From NCBI GenBank assembly GCA_002811645.1, contig PDIP01000029.1, forward strand, positions 1-64,000: DNA of 64,000 bases. Direction: 5' to 3'. Made by a program: the position numbers and the translations under genes. The notes under the pieces are model-generated. The model did no database searches. It was not told the DNA's origin and saw only the letters and a program-made list of their open reading frames with translations. This DNA is from Corallochytrium limacisporum Hawaii (Eukaryota; Protista; Pluriformea). This document shows positions 60,687 to 64,000 of the stretch, in pieces (position 1 is the stretch's first letter; each line of letters starts with the position of its first letter).

Positions 60687-62413
60687 GGTGGTGTGTTAAT
60701 ATCCGTGTCCCTCTTGACGACCTCACTGTGCCAGCCACTCACTGCGACATTACGGAGTGTGATTTCGTTGTCCGTTCGCAGAAAGAACAAAACCTTACAA
60801 CAGAAATTTGATTGTGGCCTGTACGTAGGTGCACCCGACACTGGTAATATGAGATAGATCTCTTGTATACCCATTCAATGCTGTGACCATAATTTGAAGG
60901 GGTCCAGCAAACGCCTGTTTTGCTCACTCGGCAACGCAAAACCAGAGTCATGCCTACTAAGAAGCACAACGTAGTGGCTGGTGTCAACCGCATAATATTC
61001 GTGTTTCTCACCTCTTCTGTGCATGACTCGGCCTGCTTCAAACAAAAGGACGTATAGATACTGTCCACAATTATTCCACAGAGGGTAATCTACAGCATTC
61101 GCAAGGGATGTCCCACACCCACACAATCCTGTAAGTTTACATATCAGCCGTCTATGAGCACACCCTTGTATCAGGTGTGTCGGGACTCCTCCACCGTCTC
61201 TTGACCTTCCCTCTCCATCACCCGTCTCCGTCTGCCGCTGCCATTATTTTCTCAAACACAAGAACCATCGAAAGTGAGAGAGCGAGGGGGCGGAAGAGTT
61301 TTCGAGCCGTTCAGTGCTGGAGTCCAAACCAAAAAAAAAATAAAAAATGAAACAGGGGACAAATGGGGTACAAGAGTCTGGAGAACCCGTTCCGATGGAC
61401 CCCGATAGCCGGGGCAGGAGCCGAATTGACCCAAGTGCAACCAAAAAAAAACCGAAAGAAAAGATCAAAATTTCACTGCCTCCTCCCCCCCCCCCTCCCG
61501 GGGCCCGGGTTCTACGCAGTTTCGGTGACAGGAGCGTCCCGTGAGTTTTGGCCGGAAAGGAAGGGGGAACTCAGGAGACCGCAGCAGAAAGTGTGGAATC
61601 GATTGTGCCTAATTCAGGAATGTTGGTTTCGGTTGTGGATGAAAATTACTGTCGCGCGGGCTGGTATGTTCATTAGCTTATCAGAGGCGAACAGGGAGCG
61701 CAGATTTGGGCTCCATGCTCCCATACATAACTATCGCTTACACCCGAAGATCGGACCCTCGATTTTGTTGTGCGATGATGAGTGGTCGTAGTACCGGTGA
61801 CTCGGACAGGTACGACGACGAACGAAATTGTGCAGGTGGCAACCGACTCACCGTATTCCAAAGAGGGCGGTGGGGAAGGAGGAAGGGGGGGGGGGGCCCA
61901 CAATCGGTGGGTGTTATTGCTTTTATATTTCTGGGGCGTCCTGGTTAAGTAGTGAATGTTCTAGCCTGTGTCCCCGTTCCACCCCGCGGCTCTGCGCAAA
62001 CGCCCAACCCCCGCCCCGGAGCGGGGGAGTTGGGGGAGGGGAGGAGGTTCGCTGGTCCCGTAGTGTACTCCGGGGGCAAATCAAAGGGGCCACCGCAAGC
62101 GGGAGAGAGAAAGAATGGTGAAGGAAGGAACCTGGGTGTGGGGCGGCGTGTCTGTAAAATTGATCGCTAATTGTTCCTGTATATTGATCTATATTTGTTT
62201 ATTGATTTTTTGTATCGGGTTCGGGTGGCTGTGAGGGGAGAGAGGGGTGCCCTGTGCTGTTTCACGGGGAAGGGGGTTTGCAGGTGGTGCGTTGGAATGT
62301 TGCCGCAAAATGGACGGCGGAGACCAAAGGGGGATCGAGTGATGTTCAGTAGTGGTGATGGTAATGCTTTGCCGTCGATCGTGTCCATCTTCTACTCTAA
62401 AGAAAGATCTACA

Positions 62414-63694
62414 TTACGACTTCTGCTCATCATGGTCAGCCGCAGGACAATTCAAAAGATCGCTCAGTTGTTTGTAGTCCGTCATGTGGTCGTACTGAGG
62501 GATGTCATCGTAGTGGACACGTAGCAAGTACAGTCCATTTGGCGGTGCTGGAGGTGGCATGGCGGTGCGATCACCACTGCGCACACGCTTCTTAAACTCT
62601 TCCGGGGTGAGGTTTCCGAGACCTACGGACACAAGTGCACCCACCATGTTGCGAACCTGTGCGTGCATGAAAGATGGAGATCGAACCACGATCTCTAAAG
62701 GCTGCATCAAATTCTCTGTCCGTGCACAGCAGTCTGGTGGCGTGCTGAATCCGGCAGGGACAGTATTGATTTCCAGTCGATCAAGTCGACGCATTGTGAG
62801 CCCAGTTTGTTCGTATTTGCCACGGAAGGCGGCCATATCCTGCGGTTTCGCCCCATCTGAGTTGTCTTCTGGAGACCCAAATGCGTATTGTCCTTCTCCC
62901 ACTTGCAGGAACTGTGCAGCTTCGCGCATGGCCTTCACGTTCACCAGCCTCGGGATCATCCAAGCACGTTCCTCGTCGAAGAGGAGCCCATTGGTTGCGG
63001 CAGTGATGTTGTTGGTCGGTAGGCCAAAACTGGTGTTGAGATTGACCCGCCTGCCAGTCCGCGTGCGAATCTTGCCTTCCTTCATGTCGTTGTCCTCGTT
63101 GGGCTTGTCCCCCCGATGAGTTTGAAACTCCTCGCTCTGCAGCCCGGCAATAATACGGTAAAGGTAAGTCCGCCCCACGGCTTGATGGCGCGAGTGAAAG
63201 CTGTGCGGCACGCACTGGGCTGCAACCAGTCGAATAGACTCGTTGGCTTCCATTAGTGTGGTGTTCATGGCCTTAACCATGGTCTCCGGTGACAATGGAG
63301 GCAATATTTTCCCTGACCTGCGATGTTTGCGAACTGCATCGACATGACACGTGTTCCCGAAGGCATGTACTCCTGCGTCGGTCCGGGACGAAAACTGCAA
63401 ACTAAATCTCGTGTCAAATATTGTGCGCAGAGCCTTCGATAAAGTCGATGTGACCGTAGGTAGCGACTGACTGTATGTTCCGTGATCAATTTCTTCGTCT
63501 TTATCAACAGGTTCGTCTCCTGGCTCACCAACGATGCGTCTATGACGTTGTTCAAATGTCCAACCGCCGTCAAGTGGTCCCACACGCTGAGCAGTGTTCG
63601 ATCCTCCGATCGCGCCAGCCACAGCCAGTTTCCCACCTGTTACGCCATGGTATCGACTCCCGAGGTATGACACGGTCAACAGATACCGCGTCAT
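62414..63694 (-). CDS. PUSL1: TruA-family tRNA pseudouridine synthase, PUSL1-like
   Basis: RYLL.VSYLGSRYHG, catalytic SSRTDAGVHA, FHSRHQA..RTYLYRI, SFMHAQVRNMVGALV and APPNGLYL motifs. Confidence 0.9.
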   Translation of the reverse strand: MTRYLLTVSYLGSRYHGVTGGKLAVAGAIGGSNTAQRVGPLDGGWTFEQRHRRIVGEPGDEPVDKDEEIDHGTYSQSLPTVTSTLSKALRTIFDTRFSLQFSSRTDAGVHAFGNTCHVDAVRKHRRSGKILPPLSPETMVKAMNTTLMEANESIRLVAAQCVPHSFHSRHQAVGRTYLYRIIAGLQSEEFQTHRGDKPNEDNDMKEGKIRTRTGRRVNLNTSFGLPTNNITAATNGLLFDEERAWMIPRLVNVKAMREAAQFLQVGEGQYAFGSPEDNSDGAKPQDMAAFRGKYEQTGLTMRRLDRLEINTVPAGFSTPPDCCARTENLMQPLEIVVRSPSFMHAQVRNMVGALVSVGLGNLTPEEFKKRVRSGDRTAMPPPAPPNGLYLLRVHYDDIPQYDHMTDYKQLSDLLNCPAADHDEQKS

Positions 63695-64000
63695 ATCTCA
63701 GTCATGAACGGTCACCAAACCCACTGCTTGACATGGCAAGTGAGATGTCGAACCTGTCCAAATTCCAAATTTGCTCGTATGGAATCCCACGGATAGGGTC
63801 ATAACCACCTAGGGCCATGCCTTACCTCTCCAAATAGCCTCTGTACCGTTCGTCACCCAACTCCTGTTGCATTCAGCAGCTTCCTGACTCGCCCACCGTC
63901 CCTTCCACTGACAGTCGACCCATGTACCGGAGCACCCCACACACCCACCCACCACGCAGCCACTCCCGAGTGAGAACCGGCCAGCACTGCCAGAGAGACC

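Overview
Eukaryotic nuclear DNA from a compact, almost intron-free genome. The gene set looks opisthokont-type; an intron-poor unicellular holozoan such as Corallochytrium would fit, but that is inference. The window begins with a short CCCTAA-type telomere-like remnant and short direct repeats, followed by an ankyrin gene. Next comes a striking AT-rich array (~2.07-3.2 kb) of about 19 units of 57-61 bp, each with two conserved boxes (TAATCCATRTAA and GATAGGGGAWCAGGT) separated by more variable ~15-16 bp spacers; it is a candidate centromere, protein-binding lattice or dual-repeat RNA array. An SLC6/NSS transporter follows, then an assembly gap, a decayed WD40 gene and a ~12.5 kb stretch with no recognisable intact gene. 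The gene-dense part contains a disrupted radial-spoke RSPH14 gene, LAS1, a membrane-anchored protein resembling the Agd3 N-terminal (CBM87) domain, ALDH, ROPN1L/RSP11-like, COX6A (two spliceosomal introns), RPB5, mitochondrial Lon and RPN2/PSMD1. After a microsatellite-rich spacer come a Q/S-rich disordered protein, RPL34, CAPZB, an orphan ORF, a frameshifted NADPH-dependent FMN reductase, a MATE transporter and a TruA/PUSL1-like pseudouridine synthase. No tRNA, rRNA, CRISPR or intact transposon was recognised. All family assignments come from recalled motifs, not database searches.
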